Positions 26,428 to 39,091 of a stretch of DNA of 64,000 nt are shown here, piece by piece (position 1 is the first letter of the stretch; every line of letters begins with the position of its first letter). This stretch comes from Nageia nagi (taxonomy: Eukaryota > Plantae > Pinophyta): positions 93,434,001-93,498,000 of the forward strand of contig JBITNC010000001.1 in NCBI GenBank assembly GCA_050084985.1. Reading direction: 5' to 3'. A program made the position numbers and the translations under genes. The notes beneath the pieces are model-generated. The model was not told where the DNA came from. It made no database searches and saw only the letters and a list, made by a program, of their open reading frames with translations.

Positions 26428-28684
26428 GAGTGTGAAAAAATAATAAGTATGTGGTAAAATAAATAACATTATATGTTAAGTTTTAACCAAGTAAATAATA
26501 CATGTTAAATTTAACACTAGAGACATGCTAGATTTGATTCACAAGTGCAAATATTTTACAACTCAAATAATAACCCATGTACTCAAATACATTTCTCATC
26601 TCAAAAAATGTAGATGTAGAGTGACATTGTTGAGGCTTGTTTTTTTATCTAAAATTAGGCCTTCACCTAGATGCCTGCACAAGAGGAGCCCAAGTACTAC
26701 CAATCCTCAACTAGTTCACCTTGGTTAGTATTATACTCTCACAAGGAGCAGTACCTACTATTTTTCAAGGTTATAATGCTTATTGGATTGGCCAAATTAT
26801 TAATCTTGATTAGGTTTCAAGTTATCCTCCTAAGTTATTAGGATAATCCATAAATGGATGTGTGTACATGTGGTATCATTACACACATGCTTTTCCACCT
26901 ATTAGAGTTATGTCTGGACTAATAGAGGACTTAGGATAAATTGATAAGTATGGAATTTTCACCATTTGGATCATCGAACTTAAAGGCTCCAGTATACCTA
27001 TCCTCACCTCATGGCTCCCCAAACAAGTCATGTTGTGGAATGTACATATATATGTTTTCATTTTAGGGGGTTGCTCATATCATGTTTATGGTTTTGTTTG
27101 CATAATCAAAGTGCAAAGCATTAAGTAAAATAGCATGAGTAAAACATCATTATTTAAAAAATTTGAAACCTAAATGTCCAATGGGTTTCATTTACCAAAC
27201 CCTAAAGGACATATTTACATCATTTTTAATTTTTCATAAGTCCATTTTTCATAAGGAAGTAAATTGCATTATAACTAAAATGTTATTAAGTAATAAGCAT
27301 GCATCATTGAATTACAAAATTAAGTCCTAAGCATGCATTATTAACTTAAAAAAATTAAGCACTATACATAAGCATGCATCATTTTAACTTTAAAATTTTA
27401 AGTACTAAGCATAAGTACTAATCATAAACATGCATTATAAAATTTTAAGTTCTAAAAAACATGCATCATTAACCAATTTGCATCAAAATAAAATATTTAG
27501 CATGCATTATTCAAAAATAGATAGACATGCAATATTTTATCTAACATGCTATAGATAAAAGTTAAGTAAAGAATTATACAATTTCCCCCACTTTTACTTA
27601 AAATTATCCTAAATATAGCATGCTATTTACTTGGAATTTTAACTAAGTAAAGAGGAAAAAATGCTAAGCATTAATACCAACAATAAGCACTTAAAAAAAG
27701 GCTTAAATAATGTAATTATAAGCATTAAATAATGTCTACTTCAAAAAATTGATTTTCTCCATTTAAACAAGTAAGTGTTTAATAAGCTATCATGCTCCTA
27801 GTAGTACTTGAGAGAAAAATTCAAATAATATTAAGGCCATTTTACCCAAGCACTCCAAGTATATTAAAAAATAATACACCAAGTCAAAGGTTATTCATGA
27901 TGGAGTACTCCTTCCTAAGCAAAAAATAAATGCATTCAGGTAAAAAGAGATGACCACCCTTCCCTTACCAATAAGGAGAAAACATTGCTTTTTTAGGTGT
28001 ATTTAGGAAGTTAAATATGTTGCAAGTAAAATATTTAATGCACCTTGGAAGCCACCATTTGCGTGGAAAAAAAAATTCAATGCAAAGATAGAAAAAGGCC
28101 TCCTATTATCCTCTAAGGCAAGAGAGGGAGGTGCTTGCAGAGAACTAACATGGAGGGAGTGAAGGTGAGAATAAAAATAAATAAAATAAAATATAATATC
28201 CCCTTTATCATGTAAAACTCTATTGCCATTGAAATGAGCAGAGTAGATTACAACTGTGAGGGTTGGTGAGGAGATAGAAGAGAGTCCATGGTGAAGAGAT
28301 AACTAGTGGGAGGATCAAATGTGAGGGCATGGTTTTGTGCACATGGAAAAGTAAACCATAATACAATTTTCCTCATTTGCCATTAACTAAAAAATGTGTG
28401 GAGTTGGAGGATCCATGGTGTGATGGAAGCACAAGATGCCAGGTCAGAGGAGGATAGGGGTTTCAAACTCCCTTCGTGGTGGCAAAAAAAAATGCTACTA
28501 GCTAAATTTTGATTTTGTTAATTACTAAAAAAATCATAATTTCATTAGTTAATTTCCTCAATGCCACCAACTAATTTCCTTTTTGATTTTGTACTTTACT
28601 ATATATATATATTTATGTCTATATATTTGTTAGAAATAATAAACTCTTCCCTTCCTTTTTTGCATTAATGTAATAAAAAAAGTA

Positions 28685-28737
<53 letters not shown>

Positions 28738-28960
28738 AATTTTTTTTGAAATAGCGCTCTCAAAATAAACTAAGTGTAAATATAAACTTCTTCAAAGAAA
28801 ATGAAAGCATTTTTTTTAAATCAATAAATGGATTAAAGAGTAAAAAAAATGCAATTTTTATATACTAATCTTAATATGCTCATTAGAGGTTAGTATAAAA
28901 TAAATAAATGCATCATATTACTATTTTTATCCAAATTTTGCAAAAATAAATTAGCTAACA
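26428..28960. mobile_element. ~2.5-kb insertion, probable solo LTR of another element, at the copia gag start
   Basis: Non-coding AT-rich block ending ...ttagctaaca, flanked by cataa (26423-26427) and catga (28961-28965). The copia leader and gag rejoin when it is removed. The left terminus lacks a clean TG. Confidence 0.55.
28686..28738. repeat. (TA)n microsatellite
   Basis: Directly visible. Confidence 0.97.
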
Positions 28961-29130
28961 CATGACTCAAAGTATGCTAGTATCATTAGCAAAATAAGCC
29001 CAAAATACAAAATGAAGGACATTATACCTTCTCTTGATTTTACCTGACAATGAAGAGTAAGTTGAGGAATGAAGAAGGGCTTCCACACCAAAGATGTGAA
29101 AAGGAGCTTCCAAGGAGCTCTGATACCAAA

Positions 29131-29629
29131 TGAGAGAAGTGAAGTATAAATTAAACAACTCTATATTCCCAAGATCACATGAAAGCTCACAATACACATC
29201 TAACAAACTCACAATGCAATCTCACAAAGATAACATAAGATGTAAGTGGTTCATCCAATTAGGAGTACATCCACTAACTAGATCTCTCTTCTTAACAAAT
29301 ATGAACTCTTACAATCCTCTTAAACTTTTCTATTAAACACTATCCTATAGCATAAATTTACTTCTCAAATTGGTGTTTAATGACAAAGAGGGATCCTTTT
29401 ATTTATAGGCCAAAATCCCTCTTTGCATCACCCTTTTATCCAATGTACAAAAGCATGACATGCACATCCTTTTACCTAAGGGGCATGCTCATGACATGGA
29501 GTGTAGGATAAGTTACATTATCATATTCACTTAAACACTTAAGATAGAAAATGATACCCTTAAGTATTAGTGAACTTACATAGAAGATTATTACATAAAC
29601 TTTACAATAATGCATTATATATTCCAATA
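29131..29629 (-). repeat. Copia 5' LTR (~500 bp)
   Basis: Begins TG 2 nt after the PBS and ends ccaaTA (CA decayed to TA). It is a direct repeat of the left LTR. Confidence 0.93.
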
Positions 29630-29800
29630 GAAATGACATGCCTAATCTTCATAGCATTGCCATAGATAGAGCAGTGGATAATCATAGATAGGAAACATAG
29701 ATGGAAGGATCAAATTTGAAACCCAATGTGTTAGCTTGGGAATCATGATATAGAGAGGAACACCCATAGCTATTCAATGTTCTAGCTACATGTAGAGAAT

Positions 29801-30751
29801 ATGATGGGCCAAAAGTGACTAGAGCCAACTACTAGAGATGAGGTTAGATAGGACCAAATTATTTGGTGAATCTTATGTAATGGGGGCATAGAAGGATTTT
29901 TGGATGCTCAAAATGGCCATAAACCCAATTGGTCAAGACAAGTTGCAAAGACATGGAATGGGGGTAGAGTTATGGTATATGGGTGCCACTTTTTAATCAC
30001 TCTTGAATTGATTGAAGTGGCTATGGGTATGGCCAATTATGGCCATAAGCATAATAGGGAGATGCAAACAATGGTATTTGAAGTGCAAGCTTTCTATGGG
30101 TAGGGGGAGCCTCTACCAAAGATAAGAAAATTGGCCTATCCAATCATCTCAATACAGTACCCTTGGGATGAGGTGATGAAGGTAATTGTTAAATTGTCTA
30201 TTATGGAGGGTAGATATTCTAAACTCTTCAAGATCCATTTTGTTTTATTGAACCATTTCAAAGGAATGCATAGAATCAATATTCCCTACTTTTTGTACAA
30301 TTCACTAGATATATACATTAGAAAAAATAGGGGAGGGATGTCGGTTCATTAATGTTTAATTACAATTCTTACGGATTATGAGCACATTGGTGAAAGAAGG
30401 GTGAAGTCTCTAGTACAACAAATGTCAAAGCCTACTCTAGTAGATCTAACAACCATAAAGTTTTCTAGAAATAGTTCAATACTATGGCTTCCTCCAATAG
30501 TGAAGCCTATCACACCCTCGATAATTGTTATCTCTTCAAACTTGGAGGACTTTTTATCAGAAAATGGAGATAGTGAAGCTACCTCAAGAAAAAGAGGTAA
30601 ATTTGTGGTGGATTCTAAATATAAAGATGAAGAGGAGGAAGATGAGGAATTACTCCCCAGGAAGAAACTCATGGATATTGAAGATAATTCTCCTACAGAC
30701 TCCAAAGATGGTATAATGAGGATGCTAATGAAAATGTCTAAGCTCCTCTAG
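29801..30751 (+). pseudogene. Decayed transposon-associated ORF of unknown function
   Basis: ORF pieces at 29900, 30131 and 30401 share one frame with an ATG at 29801 and are broken only by in-frame stops. They read MMGQK*LEP...GGIEGFLDAQNG...PWDEVMKVIV...EGRYSKLFKIHFVLLNHF...INIPYFLYNSL, then an acidic tail. Confidence 0.65.
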
Positions 30752-32129
30752 AGAAATATTTTCCTCATATGGAAAACTTTGGGAAGGACTTTGAAGACCC
30801 AAGCAAGCTGATAAATCTTATTCCAAAGATGAAATTCTAGAAAATCTATGGGAAGCAAATGTATTTTGAAGAATGGAGATGAATTAGATGGTGAGGTAGA
30901 GAATGGAGGAATATCATATTGGTTATATGGGAAATTAAGTCCATTCAATACCCATGGTACAACAAATAAAAGCTGATGGGGATCATGGAAGGTAACTCTA
31001 TCCTCCATAAAGAAAGAAATCCCTACGCTATCCCAATCCAATATTTAGAAGGACTATCTAGAATGGAAATTGAACTACTTTAGGATTGCTTTAAAAGAAA
31101 GGCCAAACTTTAAGGTAATTGGAGCTTAGTGGTGCATCCAATACATGGATGGTGTGATAGGAACCAGCAAAGAAAGATAATACCTATAGGAATTTGTTGA
31201 AACTATAGGGAACTTTTGTGATAGTTTTTTTGAATCATGTGTAATACCATAAAATATTTATACACTCATGTACATACAAGTTTTGGGGTCCCTATTTTTG
31301 GAAAACCCACTATAAATTTTTACCCTTATCAAAAAAAATTATGGGACCCATGAAATATTGCTAGGCCACCATTAATATTTACCACCACAACACCTCCTCA
31401 TCCTCCATTGACAACTTGACTGCTAGTACCAACCTATCATCACCTCTTATGCCTTCACCATTATATCCATCACCTTGATGACCTTTGCAACCTTCACTAC
31501 CCATGTCTTATCTAATGAGGTTGGTATTATCGATAAAATGTATGAGGTGTAATATTCATTAATGATGAAAAAAATTAATGAGATTGGGAAGGAAAGCATT
31601 TATGTAGTATCATATGAATATTTTTATTCTTGGAGGGAAATTAAAATTTATTTGAGCTAGGATCAAATTTGAAAATTTTAAAAACCATCTAAAAGATTTT
31701 CAATTCAAAGGATAGTAATAATTTGGTTATGAATGGGTTAGCGAAGGGAGGAATCATCGTTAAATTGAATTAAAAGTGGATGATGATCAATTCTCTAACA
31801 TTAAATGAACCTCCTTATGGATTATTTTACCATTAATATATTAAATGGTAAATGGTGTAGAGTGGAGGATGTGATGATCAATTTACTATACTTGGGACCA
31901 AGGGGTTGAGTTACCAATTTTATCAAAGGTGAATTGAAATTTCAAGTTGTTAAATAATATTTCATAAATATCACTCTATCATTATACCACCACCTCTACA
32001 TGGGTAGCACTTTAGGTTGATCAAGATGTTGGAGTATAGTGTATATGTTTATACACATTTATACATAACTACTTTATTTTGCATAGTATTATTTATTCCC
32101 ATAGTGATGTATTATCATATACAAAATAG

Positions 32130-32810
32130 AGTAGTTTGATTTTTAGGGTATTATAAACTTTGAAAACCTTGCAGATACTAGTGTTATTATGGAGTTGATG
32201 ATTTTAAAGAGATTGATGCAATTAAGGTACATTATAACTAGGTACAAGGCCAAAGAAGGGCCTATAGTCAACCTAGTTAGAAGCATATAAAATAGGGGTT
32301 TTAGTGTCACTTCAACATCAAGTTTGTTACTAGGAAACCTAAAATAGCATTGATATTTTGAATATCGATAACAAGATGAAATAAAAGGAATACATGTTTC
32401 ATGCAAATGATGCATAGAGCATATGAATTTCGGTAATTTGTGAATTTGAAAATGATTTTTTACTACCAAGAATATCATGTTGAGGATAATGAATATGGTA
32501 TGTATCATTTTGTGTTAGGAATTTAAAAGCTTGAGTAGCTATAATGGATATTCAATTATAGGAAAAATATTTATTATTAATGATTTAACATTTGGACAAA
32601 TAGAAAAAAACATATTACACATGATGTTGCTTCAATTATCACAATAATGGGCTTCATGTTGCATGGGTGATTACTTAGACTACATCGAGTTTGGATATTA
32701 TAGTATATGGAAAAACTAAAGACTCAAGTTGTCTTGCATGACCCTAAGTGGATGTTGAATTCATCATGATTGATGAAACTACAAAAGAGATAAATGTTAT
32801 CAGGCTATAT
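32130..32810 (+). pseudogene. MULE (Mutator-like) transposase remnant
   Basis: Frameshifted motifs in order: Y*CYYGVDDF (cf. YWCSYGPED), RG..CHFNIK, D.TFG.N followed by HNNGLHVAWVIT, and DPKW...MIDE. Confidence 0.6.
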
Positions 32811-35800
32811 CATTTTCTCATATTCTCAATTTAGCTTATTTACTAATGGAGTGATGGTATGACCCACTTTTGTTACCATCTTATTTTATACTTTTCATTT
32901 GCCCACATATCAATGACTTTTTATTTTGTATTGGCTACTAGTTTTTTCAACTTCTTTCTATAGTTTACTTTGCTAGACACATCTATGGACTATTCTAGAC
33001 ATACTTTCTATGGTTGAATCCATTGATAGCTTATACAAATTACTACACTGATACTTTTCTTCTCCTTCCAATGGCCTTTCTTTTGAATATTTTTCATCCT
33101 ATTTTCTATGATTAATATTACCTTTTTATTTCACTAGAATTTTTATTCTATCATGATTCACATATTTCTCCATCTATCCCTTGAATTGTGCCAATATTTA
33201 TTTCTTCTTTTGGTTAATTCTATAATCCATTTTAGGATTTTCCACTCTATTTTATGATTTACTTTACTGACACCTTCTGTGAACTAGTCTATGTATAAAT
33301 TTTATATATTAATATATTGATAACATCTACTAATTAGTTTGTTGATATTGTCTTGTTCTAGTGGCCTTACTTTCCAATAATTTTCATTTTGTTTCTAATG
33401 GCCTTACTTTCCAAAATTTCATTTGTTTCTATGCCTTACTTAATCATTTTCTTCTATTTCTAGTGTTATATAAGAAGACTACAATATTTAATAGGGAAAA
33501 ATTCAAGGATGACTTCCTTATGTTTCTAGTGGTACATATGAAGATTTCCCTTCTATATTCATTGTCATGTTTTATGGACTAGTATATATATACTTTCTAC
33601 AATTTAAACTATTAATATTATTAGATATACTTTTTTAGATTAATATACCAATATGATTAGATATACTTTCTACAAAATAATCTATCGATAAGGAAGTCTT
33701 TATACTTTCTCCACTCAAGTATTTCTCCATGTGTCATCCAAAATGTGAAAATAATTCCTATTTCTTTGGGTATTTTTTCTATTACTTTACATGATTTACT
33801 TTGTTAAAGCCTTATTTTGAGTAGTCTAGATATACTTTCTATGTATTAATACATTGATAACTTGTATTAATTAGTGTGCCACTATAGACTAATGACCTTA
33901 CCTAGTACTATTTTTCATGTGGCTTACTTGTATCATATGTAACCCCCTTCTCAAGCTGAGAGCCTTAATAAATAATAAATAAATTGACATATTTTTTTTA
34001 TTTCATATTAGATATTGATATTTGATTTATTATGAAATAGAGAGGTTTTCATTTTGGAGGTGTATCTTTACATTTGGTATGTCCATCACACATGGTAAAG
34101 AATATTATAACAAATGTAAAGGAGAACAAGAATTGTTGAGATATATTCAAATACTTAGGAGAAATCATGGATACCAATTCCAATGAAGATGATGTAGAGG
34201 TGGCCACAATCAATAATCTAAAAAACAACAAACAAGAGGTGGTATTTATCAAGTATCTTAGGGATTGTTAGCTTCCAAGGATAGACAAGTGGGCAAAGTA
34301 TTACTAAACCATGCCATATGTTGGGAAACATTTTTTTTGCCTCTAATTTTGCAAATTTTTATCAAAAGTTTCATCCTCCAAGGTATTTATTTTGGAAAAA
34401 ATTTGATACCTTTAATTTTTATAAAATACTTAAAGGACTTTAGCACATGTAAAAAAATGATTTTAAAGTGTTATGGAGGGATTCAAACTCTTGAACTCTT
34501 TTGCACAAACTTGATGTTTTGCTAATACACCAAGGGGATATACTTGAAAGGATATTGACTTGGATTTATTTTATTTCTCCAAGTTTGTCTTTTTCTTTAA
34601 CAATTAAAATATATCAATAATTTGCACTTTGGGAAATTTTTAATGATTCTTCCAAATTTGATTAATGTATTTAACATTTCTCCTCCAAATATAACTTGAT
34701 CAAATAATAATATTTGATTTTCTCCCTTCAATAATGTTTAATTTATGTTGGGCAAAGTATATTGCTTCCAATGATTTTTATTAATCTCCTTCAAACTTTG
34801 ATTGGGCAAACATGATTAAAATGCTCACTATTAAAAATATATTTGTTGATGTGTAAATATTATTATCTCCTATGCTAGATGACTTTATTATTTCTATGGG
34901 AAAATAATTTTTGTGGAAGATTGGTGTTGGTAGGATGTAATGGATAGCACTTGTCTAGTATGAGGAGTTCCTAGGCAATATTGAATCAAAAAATGGAAGA
35001 AAATATTTTTACTCTTTAAGTTATAAACTTTAGAATATTTTTTAATTCTTGATCACCATTGGTTTATGCTGAATGCGGGCTTGGCCTTATTTTTTGATGA
35101 TACTAAATGCATAGAGGAGGTTGGCATGAGATGGGATGAGAAGAGGAAATCATATTTTCTATGTATTAGGTTGTTGGGCAATGCACACTAGTGGAGGTTG
35201 ATATTTGGAGAGGCCACATCGGATTGCTAGCTTAGCACTATTTCACCAAATGCAATAGTTTACATAGGTTACACTAATTGGGAGAAGGTATTATGCAAAT
35301 GAATGAAAGTGGTATTTACATAGTATACAATTCATCATTGATTCATGGAAATGATATGAATATCACTCTTACATATATTGGGTGGACACTGAAAGAGATA
35401 ATAGCTTTTGGAGTCCATGCTAGGCTATTTTTATAGAGGTAAGTTGTGTAGCATTTATGAGGTAATGTGTGGGTATGAAATGTATGCAGCTATATTCTTC
35501 CAAAAGCTATTACAAAGGCTAAACAAGTAAGCTAGGTGTGAGAAGGGAGCAGTTAGCATGCACTGGATAGGCTAGTTGGCTAGCATTACAAGGAGGGAGT
35601 TGGTTGTGGTGTTCATATAAATACTCTTCAAACAAAGATAAACACTCTTCTTGGTTTTAATCCTCACTATTTTTTCATAATAGTATCTCTCAAAACTCAT
35701 ATTTCCTCATAAATATTTCACCTATGAGGTTGGGAGAGAGGGAGAGATCAACAAATCTTCTCCTTTCTTTCTAGATCTTAAACATAAATGGCTATGTTTT

Positions 35801-35908
35801 AAGGATCTCTTTCTTCTTCACTTCTCTAGTACAATCATCCTTAAGCTATGGCAAACAACCATAACTTCATTGGGAAAATTGAGGAGAGAAGAAATATAAT
35901 ACATGTAT

Positions 35909-36103
35909 CTTTGATACCATATTGCAAATGAACAAGAGAGATCTTACATTATTGAGAAAGAGGTTTTAAATACAAGAGATGAAGGCATTCATGTACAATA
36001 ATAGTTTAGCCTAGAAAACCTAATATTAAAGAGATAATACTTAATGTATTATTTACCTTACATTATTTAGATAACTAAAACTAATGTATTATTTATTACA
36101 ATA
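35909..36103 (-). mobile_element. Short LTR (35920-36103) plus Met PBS of a truncated LTR retrotransposon
   Basis: ctttgatacca (35909-35919) directly abuts TATTGCAA...TTACAATA. These are inverted termini read as decayed TGTTG...CAACA. No partner LTR is visible. Confidence 0.55.
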
Positions 36104-37899
36104 GAAAGAAATACCACATTTTATTCATGGTTGATATTCATTAATCTCTATCATATTATTTTCAAAGCTTGATGTTGATGTCATATCCAATTATGCCTAG
36201 AATATAGTCTATTTTAAAGTACTCTAGGCTCAAGAGGTTCTTGTTGATATCATTATGTATTAGACCATGATAGTTAAGTTATAGATTGGGTGAAAATGGA
36301 TGTTGGCATTATCTTCTTTATCATTATGTTTTGTTGAGCTTCCTTAATTTAAATGTTGACATCATCCGAGTAGGATCCCATGAAATTTTTTCTACCTTTT
36401 ATTTCTCATTACCAGGGGTTGAATTGAGTGTAGATGATGTATGAATAACATAATACCTAAAAAGAAGTCTTTTTTATCTCTTTATCTCTCATGATGTTGT
36501 TTAAAACATGATTTCATAGTGTTAAAGTCAACAAAATATCCTAGAACATTTTTCTAATGCCTCAAAATGATTTACCTTAGTCTAGAGATAAAAAGAGTGA
36601 CATATCCATGTAAAAGTATTTATAACTAATGAAAAAATCCTTCTTATGGTAACCAAAAGTTCATGCTAAATCCACTTGGTGAAAAATGAAGCACTTCTTT
36701 ATTTTCTTATAGTGTTGAGGTCATAGTAACTTGGTTCTAACATGACCAACTAAAACATGAGGTACTCGATAAAAAATGAGACAAGTTTGGCATGGTTTGA
36801 GAATTCAAATGATGATATTGTATTCTACAAAGTGTGGCACCATGCAAAATTGCATATGTACTTCATACTTATCTCAAAAAAATGCTCTACTTCTATACTT
36901 AGATATAAAAATATCAAAATATTCTCCTAGGACTATATATTATACTTAACAAAATGCGTTAAGGCATGATTTTTGAAAATTTCTATAAACCCTCCTTCTA
37001 CAAAATGGATCCCCTTTTCCCTTAAATAAAAAATATATACATTAGTCTTTTTATTTTGTCTCTTTATGTATTAGGATGTTGCTAGAAACATGATGGTGTA
37101 AGCATTATATATACCTAGGAATAAGTGTTCTTGAAACCTTCTACCACCCATTGGAAAGACTTAAGTATGTGATGATATCACTTCTTATTTTACCACTAGG
37201 AATATTTAATTCTTTAACAAGTCTCTTCAAAGGTCCTCAAAAATGATTTCTAAAGAATAACTTAAATATTCTTAATGAACCATGGTGAAATAAAAGGAAC
37301 TAGGAGGAAGGAATAACTAATCTAGAAAGAATATATCAACTGATAAATTAAGAAAAATTAGTATATTAGAATTTCTAAAATAAATTTGGGAATTCCAATA
37401 ATGCATCAAAAGATATGATTCTAATTCAGAAGAGTTTCAACACTCTATAAATGTGCCAACAACAAATCTCAATTGATCTAAAGACTTATATTAATTTTGA
37501 GACTAACTAGTTGACCCTCCACTAATATGGAACTCATAGAGGCTCCTTCAAGGAAGGGAAAATCTCTCCCATGATTACATTAAGTGAAAATAAATTTCCC
37601 ATTTTTTCATAATAAATGTCAAATTCTCTACCAAAGAAATTATAGTAATTCATAATGCCCATGGAGATTCATGTAAAACATGATAGGGTACCTACTTAGG
37701 CAAGAGAGTGATGGATTCATGGTGGTGAGAGAGGTTGCTTACATAGAAGAGTGATCCTATGTAAAATTTAAAAATACAACAAAATGCATTTCCTCTCTTC
37801 TACCCCTCACCTTAGAAAGCCCAAAAAAAGTTATAATCTTTCCTCCTTAAAATTTCCATGCATATTTTTTTAAAATTTTATTTGGTTCAATTTAAAGGA

Positions 37900-38190
37900 T
37901 AGTTATGAACTACCTCCTTATAATTTATGTGGCCGATGAAAAATTGCCTGCTAAAAACTACCTATATAACCCATTTATTTTTTCCCTCCCACACCTTTCT
38001 ATTTGTATTTTACCTTTTAAATGATGGTTTTTGAGGGGCAATTTCAAACCACCTCTAAAATAATTTATGAGAATGGTTTAAAATTGACTCATAAAAAGTG
38101 CCACTAAAAGCATAAATATAGGTAGTTTTAAACCATCACCACATAATAACCTCAAATTACATGCCTCCAAAGCCCCTTTTTGGCCAAGTA
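37900..38190. mobile_element. Possible CACTA-type transposon end
   Basis: Clustered short motifs (aaaccacctctaaa, gtgccactaaa, ggtagttttaaacc) end in aagcccctttttggccaagta. This resembles CACTA subterminal repeats plus a decayed ...TAGTG end. Confidence 0.4.
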
Positions 38191-38194
38191 AATC

Positions 38195-38340
38195 TATATC
38201 TATGGCCTCATTTTCTATGCTTATTATTTGGTAACTAGTTGATTTTTTCCCTTCTCAAAGGAGGATTTGGTAGGGGACCCAATTTTCTATATGTTTTTAT
38301 CATCATGGAAAAAGCTCAAAGTAAATGCATTATTAAGAGT
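38195..38340 (+). pseudogene. Short LINE reverse-transcriptase fragment
   Basis: Decayed FSMLI...FFPSQRRIW*G(D)P...YVFIIMEKA, corresponding to the RGxRQGDPLSPYLF region. Confidence 0.55.
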
Positions 38341-39091
38341 ATTATATAAACATAATCTAAAATTATAATGCACAAACAAATTAATCAAAATACAACAATC
38401 ACACAATCACAAGGAATATTTGTGATATTTACCCTAGTTCACCTAATTATTATTTCTTACATTAAATATAATACACCATGAATGGATCATTACAATGAAT
38501 ATATAGAAAAGCCCTCTACCCTAAACCACTTATACAAAACCTTGGAAATCCTACCAACACCATGTGGAAAATAGGTGAATCTTAGGTGAAGACCCAAAAT
38601 ATTTTTGTGTCGAGGTAGGGTCTTAATGTAAATTACTTCCTTTAAAAAGGATGAGGGTAAGTTCAAGAACATGGGTCCATGAAATGGCCAAAAATTAGAT
38701 GTGTTTTCCTTAATTTTCAAATTTGGTAATAATTGATCTCAATTTTTGAAGCCCTTAGAGATGGAATCTTGAAAAAAATCACTAGAGTAAACATGTACTT
38801 GGAGTGTAGTTTTCAAATATGTAATTTATTCCAATACCCAATTGATAAAAATTGATTTATGATAGGAACTTCTAAAATCCATTTTTTAAAATGCACTATT
38901 TTATGATATTACCATGCTTTTCTATGATAAGCATATTTTGACCTAAAATATAATATTTTTTTAAATCCTTTTGGGAAAATACACCCAACATATTAAAGAT
39001 TATGAAGGATATTTTTCATGAATATTTTTTTATTAATTTTTTACTAGCCTTAATTATTATTTTAAAAAGTACCAATCTATGACATGCATAA

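Larger units (their letters stand above)
21429..29629 (-). mobile_element. Ty1/copia LTR retrotransposon, decayed, 3' LTR truncated
   Basis: LTR pair 21429-21754 and 29131-29629. PBS gctctgatacca at 29117-29128 and PPT at ~21755-21763. Domain order is gag-PR-INT-RT-RH. Confidence 0.92.

Noticed and set aside
33900-37800. Unassigned AT-rich stretches as a novel locus
   Set aside because: Apart from the small LTR/PBS there are no sustained frames, repeats or motifs I can support. This is most likely unrecognisably decayed TE sequence.
38340-38559. Possible ~220-bp solo LTR (tattat...ccaaca)
   Set aside because: The composition is LTR-like, but the flanks aagag and ccatg do not form a TSD and no PBS, PPT or partner is seen.
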